From IMG/VR virus record IMGVR_UViG_3300030055_000004: a DNA stretch of 64,000 nt. One strand, written 5' to 3'. Of the stretch, positions 22,409 through 35,900 are shown piece after piece. This DNA comes from a virus. Its lineage: Duplodnaviria > Heunggongvirae > Uroviricota > Caudoviricetes. The position numbers were made by a program, and so were the translations under genes. Positions within the stretch are counted from its first letter, which is position 1; every line of letters begins with the position of its first letter. Under the pieces are notes generated by a model. The model did not search any database. It was not told where the DNA came from and worked only from the letters and a program-made list of their open reading frames with translations.

Positions 22409-24270
22409 TGAAATTCAATATACAAAAATTACAACAAGGGGGAGGTATGCCATTCGTGTCATACCAACCTTTTGACTATAATCCACAAACTCAGACTGCA
22501 CCTAAACAAAGTGCTCCAGCAAAAACTGAAGAAAAAAGTGGTACAGATTTACTTTCAAAAGAAGTAATAAATGAAATTATTAAAACTGGTATGCCTAATG
22601 AAGTTGAAACATTTTTAAAACAATTGAAACAAGTTGAAAATAGTGGGCCTTTTACATCTAGTTTTGATACTAATAAATTATATGATTTAGCAGCAAAAGG
22701 TAATCAAATAATTACTAATTCTAAATTAATGGGTGAAGCTACTACTAAAGCATATGAAAATGGAGGTTTAGATGAATTAGCAGTTACTTCTACTGGAGGA
22801 TTATATGTTAGAGATTCAGAAGGTTCTTTATCAACTGTTAGTATGGGGGATTTTGCTAAAAATAGAGATAAATACCAAGCTTTAAGTGTTAATGATTTAA
22901 GTCAAGCAAGACGGTATGATACTAAATTATCGTTTGATAAAACTATCATATCTACTGTACAAAATGCAATTGGTATTGATAAAGTTTCTGATCATATTGT
23001 AGAAGTACTTAAAAAATTAGGATCAGAAACTACTGAATCTAATAGGTATCAAAGTGGTAGTGATTATTATAAAAATGCTTTTCAAAAAGGAGTAACATCT
23101 TTAGGTGGGAAACAACCTACAGAATCACAAACAGAGGGTCTTAAACAATTAAGTACAATGTATAATAAAATGGGTAATGAAGGAATCCTAAATATTAAAA
23201 CTGAAAATGAAACTCAAAGAAATCATATAAAAGATGCTTCAGCTTATATTTTAGCAACTATGTCCCCTAATGCAGTTAATTTATTAAAAGCTAGGGCTAT
23301 TGTTAATGGTACAAGTGCTTCTCCAGAAAACCTTATTGCAGTTGCATTTGAATCCTTTACTAATGATAAACATACTTCTAATATAGGTTATGAAGCAGAT
23401 ATATCAAAATTAGGAACTGGAGTTAAAGGAACTGCAGAAAAAACTTATAATCAAACTCCAATGGAACAAATTATTAATGGGGATTTGAACACTACTACAA
23501 TGAGTTTAATAAATCCTGATAAATCTAATTATGGTATGATTTTAAAAGGATCTATGATTGGTAAATTACCAGATATAAATGGTAAACCATTACCAATGGC
23601 TCCTTTAGGTAGAGTTTTAGATAGTGGTTTAGGGGTAGCTGTTGATCAAAATAATATGTTTTTTGGAGATAAAGGAATTAAACCGTATGAAAAAGATCAA
23701 ATTATATATGGTGGAGGTGAAGCAATTAAAACTATGGTTCCAGTAGATGTAAATGGACATCCTAATTTAAAAGCATTAGAACAATTTGAATCTGCTGAAA
23801 AATCTATTGCTTCAAAAGGATTAACAACTCCAGAACAAAAAAATGCTGAATATGCTAAATATGGTTTACAAGGGATTCAATTAGGTACAGATGGTAAATT
23901 AACAACTATGTCTACTAAATATTTAAAACCTTTTATTGTAACTCATGGTTATAGTACAAATGGAGTAGCATCCGCATTAAATAATGATTATACACATACA
24001 GTAGATTCATCTGAACAAAAAGGAGTAACAACAATGTTGCAAGGAATTTATAATAAATATAAATTAACTTTTCCAGCAGCACCTACATTTACATCAAATA
24101 AAATAGTACAAGCACCAATATTTATGCCTATTTTACAAGGAGCACAAAATACAGTATCTGCTTATGAAGGACATGGAAGTGTTGTTCATGCAAATACATT
24201 ATTCGAAGATATACAACGACAACCAAGTTCTGCTACAGGTAGAACAGGTGCAGACATTTTACACCAATAA
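22408..24270 (+). CDS. Putative cargo protein (620 aa; no Trp, no Cys)
   Basis: TAATG-coupled ORF starting MKFNIQKLQQGGG. Confidence 0.8.
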   Translation: MKFNIQKLQQGGGMPFVSYQPFDYNPQTQTAPKQSAPAKTEEKSGTDLLSKEVINEIIKTGMPNEVETFLKQLKQVENSGPFTSSFDTNKLYDLAAKGNQIITNSKLMGEATTKAYENGGLDELAVTSTGGLYVRDSEGSLSTVSMGDFAKNRDKYQALSVNDLSQARRYDTKLSFDKTIISTVQNAIGIDKVSDHIVEVLKKLGSETTESNRYQSGSDYYKNAFQKGVTSLGGKQPTESQTEGLKQLSTMYNKMGNEGILNIKTENETQRNHIKDASAYILATMSPNAVNLLKARAIVNGTSASPENLIAVAFESFTNDKHTSNIGYEADISKLGTGVKGTAEKTYNQTPMEQIINGDLNTTTMSLINPDKSNYGMILKGSMIGKLPDINGKPLPMAPLGRVLDSGLGVAVDQNNMFFGDKGIKPYEKDQIIYGGGEAIKTMVPVDVNGHPNLKALEQFESAEKSIASKGLTTPEQKNAEYAKYGLQGIQLGTDGKLTTMSTKYLKPFIVTHGYSTNGVASALNNDYTHTVDSSEQKGVTTMLQGIYNKYKLTFPAAPTFTSNKIVQAPIFMPILQGAQNTVSAYEGHGSVVHANTLFEDIQRQPSSATGRTGADILHQ

Positions 24271-24271
24271 T

Positions 24272-27200
24272 ATGAATGAAATACAAAAACCGAACGATAT
24301 GTTCGTTTCTACAGTTTTAAATCCACAAGCAAATTTATTAGAGTTATCCCAAGCTGGGGTAACTCCAGATAATACAGCTTTATTACCAATGGATGAATAT
24401 AAAGAGACAAGTTTTGCAAAGAAAACTTTTACAGATGATAAAGGTAATTTTAATAATGCCGCTTTTCAAAATGCTTATGTAACTGCTGCAAATAACTTTA
24501 AATCATTAACTGATACAAGTTATATACAAAATTTACAAAAAGATGCAGAATATGCACCTGATAGTAGATTTAAACCAGTGGGAGCTAAAGAACAAGATTT
24601 ATCAGTAGGTTTACAATTAATTAAAAATCCATATCATACACAACAGGGTATTACTTCTATGTATGGTACTACAGAATCTAATTGAAGTGTTAGAGAACTT
24701 GCTCAAAATAGTAAAATATTTGATACAGAAACTGGTAAATTTACAGATAAATCAGCAAATGATTTAGGATTATTAGGAAGTATATTTAATAAAGATACTT
24801 TAGTATATGCACAGTATGATGAAGATGGTAAACATATGGATACTGATACAGGCAGACAAGTATCTCATAAAAAAGGTGAATATAAAATTGATCCTACAGG
24901 TAATTTTTACACAGAAACTTTAGGTAATAGAGAAATCTATGGAAAAGAAACTGTTAATTCATTAGATTTATTAACTAAAGATGGTGAATTTTTAAATAGT
25001 GTAGATTTTTTTGACTCTGATGGTAAAAATAAAAGTGCTTGGGGAACTACATTTAAAATTGCTGCAAAAATTGCTCCATTTTTAATATCTTATAAAGGTT
25101 TTAATAATATATATGGTGGTCTTTCTGCTGCTGTAGGATTAGCATCTGCTATGCCAGTATTATATAAATCAATTGAAGGTATTCTTACAGGTGAAGATGA
25201 TATTAATAAACAATCAGGAGCTTGGAATTTAGCTAATAAAACTGAAAGTTTTATGGGTAAATTTGGTACTAGCACTTCTGATGAAGGATCTCAAGGTATG
25301 TTTAATTATGAACAAATTGGGGGAATGGTATCAAGTGTATTTGGTCAAATTTATGAACAAAGAGCTATGGCAGGTTTATCTAATTTATTTAAATCAACAA
25401 GTTTAAGTAAAACAGAAGCAGAAGAAATGGCAAGATTTCAAGGAGCATTTGTTGGTAAATTACAATCATTAGAAGCAGAGGGCAAAACTGTAGATGCTGT
25501 TAAATTATATAAAGATGCTGTAAATTTAAATCCAGCAATGAAAGCAATGGGGGAAAAACAATCTGAAATTGCTAAAGCATTATCTTTAGGATATATGGCA
25601 TTAACAACCTCAACTGATGTCTATTCTGATGCTATTAAAGGTGGGTATGATAGACGTACAGCAGGTACTGCATTTTGATTAGCTGCTGCTGGACAATATG
25701 GAATTATGATGAATAATAAAATGTCTACTTGGTTTTTAGATAAAACTGTTGGTTTTTCTGAAGAAACTAATAGATCTTTAGTTAAAAAAGCTTTAATGCC
25801 AGTAATGGATAAAATTGCTGAAGGAACTAATTTATTAGAATCTAATCCAATATTAGGTCAAAATGTACTTAAAAAAGCAATTACATCTGGTAAAAATGCT
25901 TTATATAATGTATTTAATGAAGCATCAAATGGTGGTTTAAGAGGATATTGGGAAGTATCTATGATTGAAGGTGTAGAAGAAGTAACTGAACAAATGGTTA
26001 TGGATGCTACAAAAGGAGCTATAGATGTTGCTAGTTCATTAGGATTAACTAAAAAACAAGGTTCATTTGGTGGGTGGGATACTGTATTCTCAAAAGCAGG
26101 ATTAGAAAATTATGTTTCTAACTTAGTTGGAGGTATGATTGGAGGACCTATGTTTAAAATGAATGAAAAATTAATTGAACCAATGTTTAAAGGTGGTATT
26201 GCACAACCTGAAGATGAATATTCAATGTATTCAATGATAGCTAATGGTAAAACTGATGAAGCACTTACTATGGCTGAAAATATGAGAGGGTATGTAGGTA
26301 ATAAATTTTTAGCAACTGGTACTACTACAATAGATGGTAAACAAATTTTTAATGCAGCAGGTGATGCTAAAACTCATGCAGATTTAATTGTAGATGGTAC
26401 AAAAGAATATATAAAAACTTTAGATAGTATTTTTAATCAAGAAGGATTAAAAGTAGATGATACATCTTTATTTAATAAGGCATTATTAAATCAATATATG
26501 ATTCCAGAATTAGAAAAATCTGGTGTTGATAAATTAATTATTAGTGATTTTAATAAAACAGCTGGTCAAATAGTACAACTTAGATCTGAACTTAAAGATT
26601 TAGAAAGTGCACCAGTTACTGCAGAAGGTGCTACTGGAATTGCATTAAAAAAAGCTGAATTAGATGAAAAAAGATTATCAATTCAAGAAATAACAAATGG
26701 TGATAAATCAGATGATTATTTAATGAAATCTTTATTGTATTTAATTCCAGATATGCATAAACCTTTTATTGCACTTAATAAAGAGCAATATACTCAAGCT
26801 AATTATGATAAAAGTTATTTTGATTTACCTGACAGTGGTGTTGGAGTTACAAAAAAATCTGTAACAACTAATTTTGATGAATATATTAAAAATCCAGATA
26901 TTGTTTCTAATTTAGATACTATTTTAGGAGCATATAAAAATGCACAAGGTATATTTTCAAATACAATTAAAGAATATGCAGAAAGTAAATATAAAGATGT
27001 TCGCTCTGCTGCATTTAAAAATTTATATAATTTAACTGGTCAATTTGATTTAGTAGAAAATTTTAAAGCAAATAATGGGGCATTTAGAGAAATTTCTAAA
27101 TCTGCTGCTAATAATAACTTGAAAAACTTCTCAGTAAATGATATGTTTGATTATGATATTAATGAATATTTAGGTAAAGAAGGATTAATTGATAATAGTA

Positions 27201-30200
27201 TAGTAATTGATCCTGCAAATGATCCTATAGCAGAAAAATATAAAACTTTTGTACAACAAATACCAATGCAAGAGATGAATGTGAAATTTTTACAAGATAC
27301 TGTTAAAGATTTCTTTGCAAATATTATTAGTGAAGGTAATAATAAAGAATATTTATTAGAAACTACTCCTGAAAATATTGCTACTGCTTCACCAGAAGCT
27401 ATTGCATTTAGAACTAATTTTAATGCTTTACAAGATAAATATTATAAACCATTACAAAATTACAATAAACCATTACAAAAATTTGATTTTCAATTAAAAA
27501 TGTTAGTGAATGCTTTATCTGAAAGTAAAGTTAGTACAATTGATAATGAAGTTTTAATAGGTATTAATAAAAAATTAACAGCATCTTTTAATGAAAGTAA
27601 AAAATCATTAAATAATGAATTGAAATCTCCAACTATACAAACTAATATTGGAGATATGAGTTTAGATAATATTTTAGGTATTATATCTGAAGCTACTATT
27701 CCAGATCCTACTTCTACTGATTTTCAATTTAATGATAGTAGTGCAATAAATGTAAGATTACAAGAAAAAATTGATGCAGGACAAACTCATTCAGAAGCTG
27801 TGGCAGAAGTTAAAGGTGAACTTAAACAATTTATAAAAAATAAATTTAAAAGTGAAATAAATCCACTAAGTGAAAATGATTACTTATTAGGTGAATTAAC
27901 TAATAGTCAAAAAACTATTGATAACTATATAGATGATCAATTTAAATTAAATGATACTTTTGATAAGTTTGATAAATATGTTTCAAAGAAAACTGCTATT
28001 GCTAATCCATTATATGATTTTCTAAGAAAATTACAATTAAAATTAGATAAAGGAACTTCAAAAACTGTATTTAATATATTAGAGGATGAAGATAATTTGT
28101 TATCTATGTCTATTATAGATGATTATTTAAAATCAGATTTTACTTTAGGACAAATTAATAGTGCAATAACTACTATTGAAATGGCTAAATCTATATTAAC
28201 TGGTATGTATACTAAACAAGGAGCATTAATAGATGGTAAAGAAACTATGTATGGTTTTAATTATGCTATGCAAAATTATCTTAAAAAATATAAAGAATCT
28301 ACAGGTTTAGACAATTATGCAATAATAAAATCAGAAGATGCTTCTTTAATTAATACAGATTTAAATAATTTATTATCTAAATTAGTATTCTTAAAAGATT
28401 TATCTAATTCTAATACTGAATCTAAAGCAAAAGAACACATACTTTCTAGAGAAAATATGGATAAATTATTTTTAGATTTATTAGATAAGCAAGATTTTCA
28501 ATACAAAGGTAAACCATTAATTGCAGATAAAGATACTATTTTAAATCTTCCGATAAGTCAAGAAGCTAAATTACTTAAATGTCAAGATAGTATTTTTGAA
28601 AATTTCAAAGACACTCTTCCAGAAAATTATGCTGCTGGATTAGAAGAAATTTTTAAAGATTTTGATTTTAATGCAGTATTTAATGGGGATAGTAATGGAA
28701 TTTCTTCTACTACACAAGTTCTATCACAATATGATATATTCATAAATATGTTAACAAATCTTTCTTTACGTTCTACAGAAGTACAAGAAAGAAATAAACG
28801 TATTATAGAATCTCCTGAATTTAATTATGCTCCTTTTTATGGACAAGAATATGCAGCAAAAATAGCTTTAGCATTAGTTAAAAATCCTAAATTATTTTAT
28901 GAAGCTCAAGAATTAATTTATAGAAAAGTTAATGGAGAACAATCACAACTTAAACCTGGTGCATTTAATCTTATGTCAATTACAGGTGTTGCTGGATCAG
29001 GTAAAACTTCAGTAGTAGGGCAATTTATTTTAAAATACATGTTACAAGATGATGCAAAATCAAACATTATTATAAGTTCACCAACTGCAACGCAAACTAA
29101 AGGATTACAAAATTCTTTATTATCTACTTTTTCAGAGGATGAAGTTAAAAAATTAAATCAAACAACTAAAACAACAGAAGAAATCTTTAATAAATTTTTA
29201 CAATTTAATTATGCAGATTTTAAAAATGAGATTAAAACAGTATCATTTGGTAATAAGAAAACTTATAAATTCTTTGATGAAGTTGAAATAAATGGCAATA
29301 CTACATTAGTATTAAAAAATAATCAAATCAATTATAAATATCTAAATAAATTAGATACTCCAAAAGCTATTTTCTTAGATGAAGGTACTCATTATAATAG
29401 TTTAGAATTAGCATTATTTGCTAATATTTCAAAGAAATTTGGATTTCCATTTATTATATTTGGAGATAAAACTCAAAATGGAGCAATGATTAATAATAAT
29501 TCTTTTAATTTAAATAGAATATTTACTTTAAATTCTCCTGTTCTTACATCATCTATACGAGCATCTAATATTCATCAACATGATAATAATTTTAAACTTG
29601 CATTAGCTAGTAGTAGTGTTATTAGAGCAGTAGCAATGAGTCCTGGTTTAGATCCTGAATTAGATCAAGAAAATGCTGTTAAAAGATTAGATGAATTAGA
29701 TATTACTTTAAATTATTTTCAAGATAAAAATGTATTTAATGGTGGGAAAATTGTAAGTTCTATTACTGATGAAGATTTAACAACTATAAAAGAAGCTTTA
29801 GATAGAACTTTAATTGATAATCCAACTGCAAAAGTAGGAATAATTACTGATAAAGGAGAAATAGATGATAATTTAGTTATTCAATTAGCAAAAGTTGGTA
29901 TTACTCCTGATCATTATATATTCTATTCATCGGATAATAATGGTACTAATCCAATGCAAGGTAACCAAGAAGAATTTATGATTATTGATAAGGATTTAAC
30001 TATAAATTCTAATAATAGGATTGAAACTTTCTTTCAAGATATGAATACATTAGGTAGTAGAGCTTTTCAAGGTTCTTTAATTCTTGATAAAAATGGTATA
30101 TTAAATCAATTTAATATTAAAAATAAAAAAGAAGATTATACTTCAGAAAGAAGATTAGGAGAAAAGATTATAAATGATGTTAAAGAATTAAGAAAAAAAG

Positions 30201-32893
30201 ATTTTGTAGATATGGGAATCAAAGACTATATCCCAACAACTACTATTACTCCAGTTGTAAAAAATCCTATAACTACTCAACAACCTATTGTAGATAAAAA
30301 ATTACAAGATAAATTAGATGAATTAAAAAATCCATTAGTTATAGTGAATAATTTTGGTAAAAAAGAAACTGCAGAGACAGATACAGATGGAATTACTAAA
30401 AATCTAACGCCAGAAGAACGAAAGAATAATTTAATGATTCATGCTTTTTATAATCATTTGTCTGTACCAGTTGATGAACATCAACATTTATTAGAACAAA
30501 CTGGAAATGAAAACTTACAATTACTTAGTCATAACAATGGAGATTTATTTGATTCAAAATTAGTAAATACTTTTATAGAATTTAAAAATATAGTATCTTT
30601 GTATTACGATAATGAAGAAATTTTAACAAAATTGTTAATTGGAGATTCAATAAAAGAATCTAAATTTACAGACTTAATGTCTAAGTTAGGTATTACAGAT
30701 GTAAATTTATTAATATCTTCAATGAAATCTAATATAAAAGTTGTTGGAAATAGATATATAAATAATATAGATGATCCTAGATTTAAAGCTGGATTTGATG
30801 CTACTAAAACTTTAACAGGGGATGGAAATATTGGAGATGATATATTTCTTAGATTAGTCTTAAAATTAAATTTAGAGAATAATAAAGTAGGTTATATAAC
30901 AATAGGTGCATTACCAACATTAGATACTTTAACAAAATCTTTTACATCTAAAACTGGTATAGTAGACCAAGAAACAATAGATTTATTTAGTAGTATGAAT
31001 AAAAAAGTTAATACTACATTATTAAATAATGATACTGACCAATCTACAACTAATAAAAATCCTATTATAGAATTAGATTTTAATGGTGACATAGTTAGAA
31101 AATTTACATCTGGTTTAAGATTTATTGAATCATCACAAAATATATCAGCCGATAGTTTACAAATACTTCACCCTGATATTAAAATTGAGACACAAATTAC
31201 AAATGGAATTGAAACTATTCCAATATTTGGAGGTTTAAATGTATATAAAAATGATTCTTATAATGATCAAACTATAGAACAAACTATATTAAAATATGGT
31301 TATAATCGCGATCCAAAATATAGAATTGATGCAGATACATTAGCAAGTTATAGGTCTAGACCTTATGTAATTGTATCTTTTAGTGGAGAAAATGGAAATG
31401 AATTTAAAAAACTTATTGTATTAACTCCAAAAACTAGAGGATATGAAGATTTAACATCTGAATTTAAAGAAATAAAAGATAATTTATATGATAAGGAAGA
31501 AAAATTTGAAAATATTAATAATAATTATTCTTTTAATGTAAGTAAATTATTTAGCAAATATACTGGATTTGAGATGTTTTATAATATAAAATCTAGTAAT
31601 ATAAATAATATGCAATCAATTGTTGAATTATTTAAATCTCAAATTAATAAATTTTATGCTGGTAATACAACTAAAATTAATAAAATTAATGGTGAGTTAG
31701 ATTTATTAAATAAATTTAATTCTCCTGCAGAATTTACTAAATATATAAAAGATAATGTATTAGCTTTTCCAGAATTTAATGTTGGCCAAATAATAATGAC
31801 TACTTTAGATGCAATGGATAAATCTTCTGATAAAGAAATTTTTAAAGATACAATAGAAACTATTAAAAATTCTTTAACATCTAAAAATGGTCAAGATTTA
31901 GTTTATGCTTATAATGGAAGACCTTATTCATTAGGTATAACAGAAGATATGTTAGGTATTAGTATTGATGATTTAAAATATTTTGAAATGAATATTATAC
32001 CTGAAATGCCTAGATATGTAGTAGATTTTAGTAATATTAATATAAATCAAAAAGTATTAAATATTCCAGTAAATCCTATTGTTAATAATAATTCTGGAAC
32101 TGATAATTACATAACAAAAGCAGAAATTAGTACTCAAGGAGATTTAGATATTTATGTTACAGGAGAATCTGGACAAAAATTTAGAATAAATGTTAATCCT
32201 ACTGGAGTTTATGATATACATCTAATCAATAAATTTGATGATAGTTATCATTTATCAATAGAACCGTATACAGATACACAGATTCATAATCTTGTAACTA
32301 AATATGTATCAACTGATACACAAAGTATGATTGATAAATGGATTCAATATAGTAATGATAATTCAACATTAGAACAATTCCGTATATTTAAAAATGAGGA
32401 ATTAGAACCTTATATATCTAAATTAAATAAAAATCCAGAAATACTTCTACCTGAAATTTTACCACCAAATGTAGATGAAAAAACTAATTATATAAATAAT
32501 TTATCTAATAAAGCTATTGAAAATAATTTAACTAATAATTTAATTCCTGCATTAACTTCAAGATTTAATATTGCAGATATTAATAATTATTACAAAAGTA
32601 TTTATTATGGAGATTTCTATGAAAAATTAATGAATTATAAAACTGATTTATCTAATATATTAAGTAAATTAAATGTAGTTGATGGTAATTTCCAACCTAC
32701 TGGTGAAACACCTATAGAAGAAGTTATTAAAAATGTTAAAGACTCATTTAGTACTTTAATTGATCCACTTTTAAAAGGTATACAAAATTATCAAGAAGTT
32801 ATGGGTGAAGAAGTAAAAGATGCTAGACTTAGAAAAGTAAAAATGGATTTAATTAATGAATTAACATTAGATCTAAAATTAAAAGATTGTTAA
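24272..32893 (+). CDS. Giant virion protein with SF1 (RecD/Dda-like) helicase domain (2873 aa), TGA=Trp at 24683 and 25676
   Basis: ATG 24272 in frame through to TAA 32891-32893; GVAGSGKT, FLDEG, FGDKTQ, QG and SRA motifs; ends ...LKDC. Confidence 0.82.
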
Positions 32894-32912
32894 AAATAAA
32901 AATAATAAATAA

Positions 32913-35900
32913 ATGGCAAATTGCACAGTATCAAAAAAAGGATATACAATAGATTTTTTAAAAGAATCTGTAGTAGATGTGATAGCAAAAGGGGGAGATT
33001 TATATTCTCCCCTTTTAGCACTTAAAACAGACCTTGAAGAAGAGTTAAATACAAATGAATATTTGGATATTGATGATTATCTTCAATCAATAAAATCAGC
33101 AGTAAAAGATTATAATCAAACTGCTGAAAAAAAGTTATACTTTGATAAAAATATATTTAATATTAAATTAGAGAATTTAACTAAAACTAAAGCATCAACA
33201 TCTAAAGAATTAACTATTAAAGATAATGTTGCAAATTTATTTACTAACAAATCTAATGCATATAATTATTTTATTAATGAATTTAATAATAATATGATTG
33301 AAGCTTCTTTAATGAATAAAAAAGATAGTCAAATTGTTGATACTGAGGATAAATTAAATGCTTATATAGTAGATTTAAAAAATAAATTATATAATACATT
33401 ACAAACTTATTTAGGTTTAGAATCTAAACCATTATATGATGAAGTTGGTAATTTAACAGAAGAAATTGTAAATTATAATGATATATTATCTAAATTTGCA
33501 GTAGATAATTTTTCTCCATTTTTTACTGAAGATTTACAAGATACAATGATAAGACATCATTTAGATGCTTATAATGCAGCTGTAACTTTGAATAATTTTG
33601 ATGCTTTAGTAAGTAATACATTTTCTAGTATTGTAAAAATTGATTATAGATATAAAGGATTTTTAGAAAATGGGAATGGAACAAAATATAGTTTTGATGA
33701 AAAATCTATTGAAACACAATATTGGAAAAAAGATAATCATTCTACAAAAGCTGCTAGTTTAGTTAGTTCAAACTTAATTAAGGTTTTTACTAACAATATT
33801 CCATTATATGATAAATTAGGTAAAAGAATTCATGGACAATACTTTGGAATGAGTAGATTATACAATTTTGCAGCTTTAATTAAACAATTAGAATTTGGTA
33901 ATACAAATAAATCTTTTTCTTCTAATCCTACAAAATTATTAGAACATTATTTAAAAAATTATAATAATTATACAGCATTAAAAGAGAATGCAGATATTGC
34001 ATATTCTTTACAAAATTATATTTATGGTAATCATGGTGTAGCTGATATCTTTTTAGATAGTAATTATAAACTATCTGGAAATACTACTAATATTATGAAT
34101 ATTGAGGCATTATTTGCTTTCGAAATAAATAAAGTATTTTCTCCTAGTTATGGTGTGTATAATAATAATACTTTAGAAATTAAGGATTTTAGTAATTATC
34201 AAAAAGTAACTAGTGTTGTAAAAGATTTAATTGGGTCTACAATTATATTAAAAGTACCTGATCCAATTAGTCCAGATAAATATAAACTAGCATTTGATAA
34301 TTTATATAATGCTGATCATAAAGTGTATATAAATGGAACTAGTAAAGCAGTTACTAATTTAGATATAAATGATTTAAGAACTTCTGAATTTAAAAAATAT
34401 TTTTTAAAATTAACAGGTATACAATTAACTAATAGTTTATATAAAGCTATTAGTAAACAAAAACAATCAGGTGCTGAATGGGAATCAGTAGCAGTTATTA
34501 AAAAAGTTATAGAATTAACTAATTCTATAGCAAAAGATACTCAAACTGAAATGAATGGAGATAATAATCCTACAGTTATTGCTGATATTAATAATAGATT
34601 TAGTGAAGATACTAATTATAATAGTTTAGCAAATGCATATGTAGATACATTAATGTATATACCAATTCAAAGCATTCGTAACAGTGAAGGTAGTGAGATA
34701 CCTTTATATAGACAAACAAGTTTTACTGCAAATGATAAAAATACTATTGAAAATAATGTTCATCCTGATGAAAATTTCTTTGCAGCTAATCCAACTTTAT
34801 TAAAAAATACTATTATTAGATTAGAAGGAACTTCAGAAGAATCTGATACTGGTAAAAATTCAGCTAAATTTACAGCAGAAGAAGGCATTTTTTCAGCATT
34901 CTTTGCTGATTATTTAAGTAGTTATTTAAATAATAAAAGTGTTGTAGTTCAACCTTTTCCTTATTCAGATAAATCAACTGATTCTTTAAAACAAGTTTCT
35001 ATAAATACAGATGTTGCCATTAATGGTCAATTAGTTACAAATATTATTGTTGATGCTTATTCTAAATTAGGTGTGAAAATTGATAATACTAATTATAAAA
35101 TTTCTAAATTTGATGATACTATTAAAAATATTAATACTTTTTTATCTGGCAAAAGTATGCAGGAATTAAAAGCATTAGGTTTAAAAGATGGCTTACATTT
35201 TAAATTTGAAGGAAAAACAGCTAAATTAAATACTCAAATTATAACAAATGTAAAAACTAAATTAGAAAATTTATCTATTAAAGAATTAGAACATTTACAT
35301 TATTATTATAATAATACTTATTTTACTGAATTAAATAAAAGAATGATGAATACTTGGACTACTTTAATAGGTAAACTTCCAGGCGGGACTAAAGCATTAA
35401 ATACTAAATTAGCTAAATTAGAATATTCTGATATTTATAAATTATTATTAAAAAATCCAGGGATTGAATTAACTGAAGGATTACATTATGTAGTTTATAA
35501 TGATAAAGGTAAAAAGAAAATTCAATTAAATAATTCTTTTTTAGATTATGTAAAAAATAATAGCACTAAAGAAGCATTTGATAAATGGAATTTAGATAAT
35601 AAAGTAAAATCTTTATTAGATTTAAATAAACTAACTGATATTAATAATATATTTAATCCATATAATTTTAATCAAGATTTAGCAATAATTAGAGGAACAT
35701 TAACTACTCCAGAGGAAAAAGTTAATTTTGATCGTACAACTTCTACTAGTAATTTTGATACATTACTTGAATTTTATCCGATAGCTATGAATTTTAGTGG
35801 ACAATGGGTAGGAATTGATTTTCAATCAGAACAATTTGATATAGCAATGAAAAAATTGAAATCTGGTAGTTCTGATGTAATAATTAATCCTCTTATAGAT

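Noticed and set aside
24164-24271. Long overlap start at 24164 for the giant protein
   Set aside because: ATG 24272 directly follows the upstream stop, matching the coupling pattern elsewhere.
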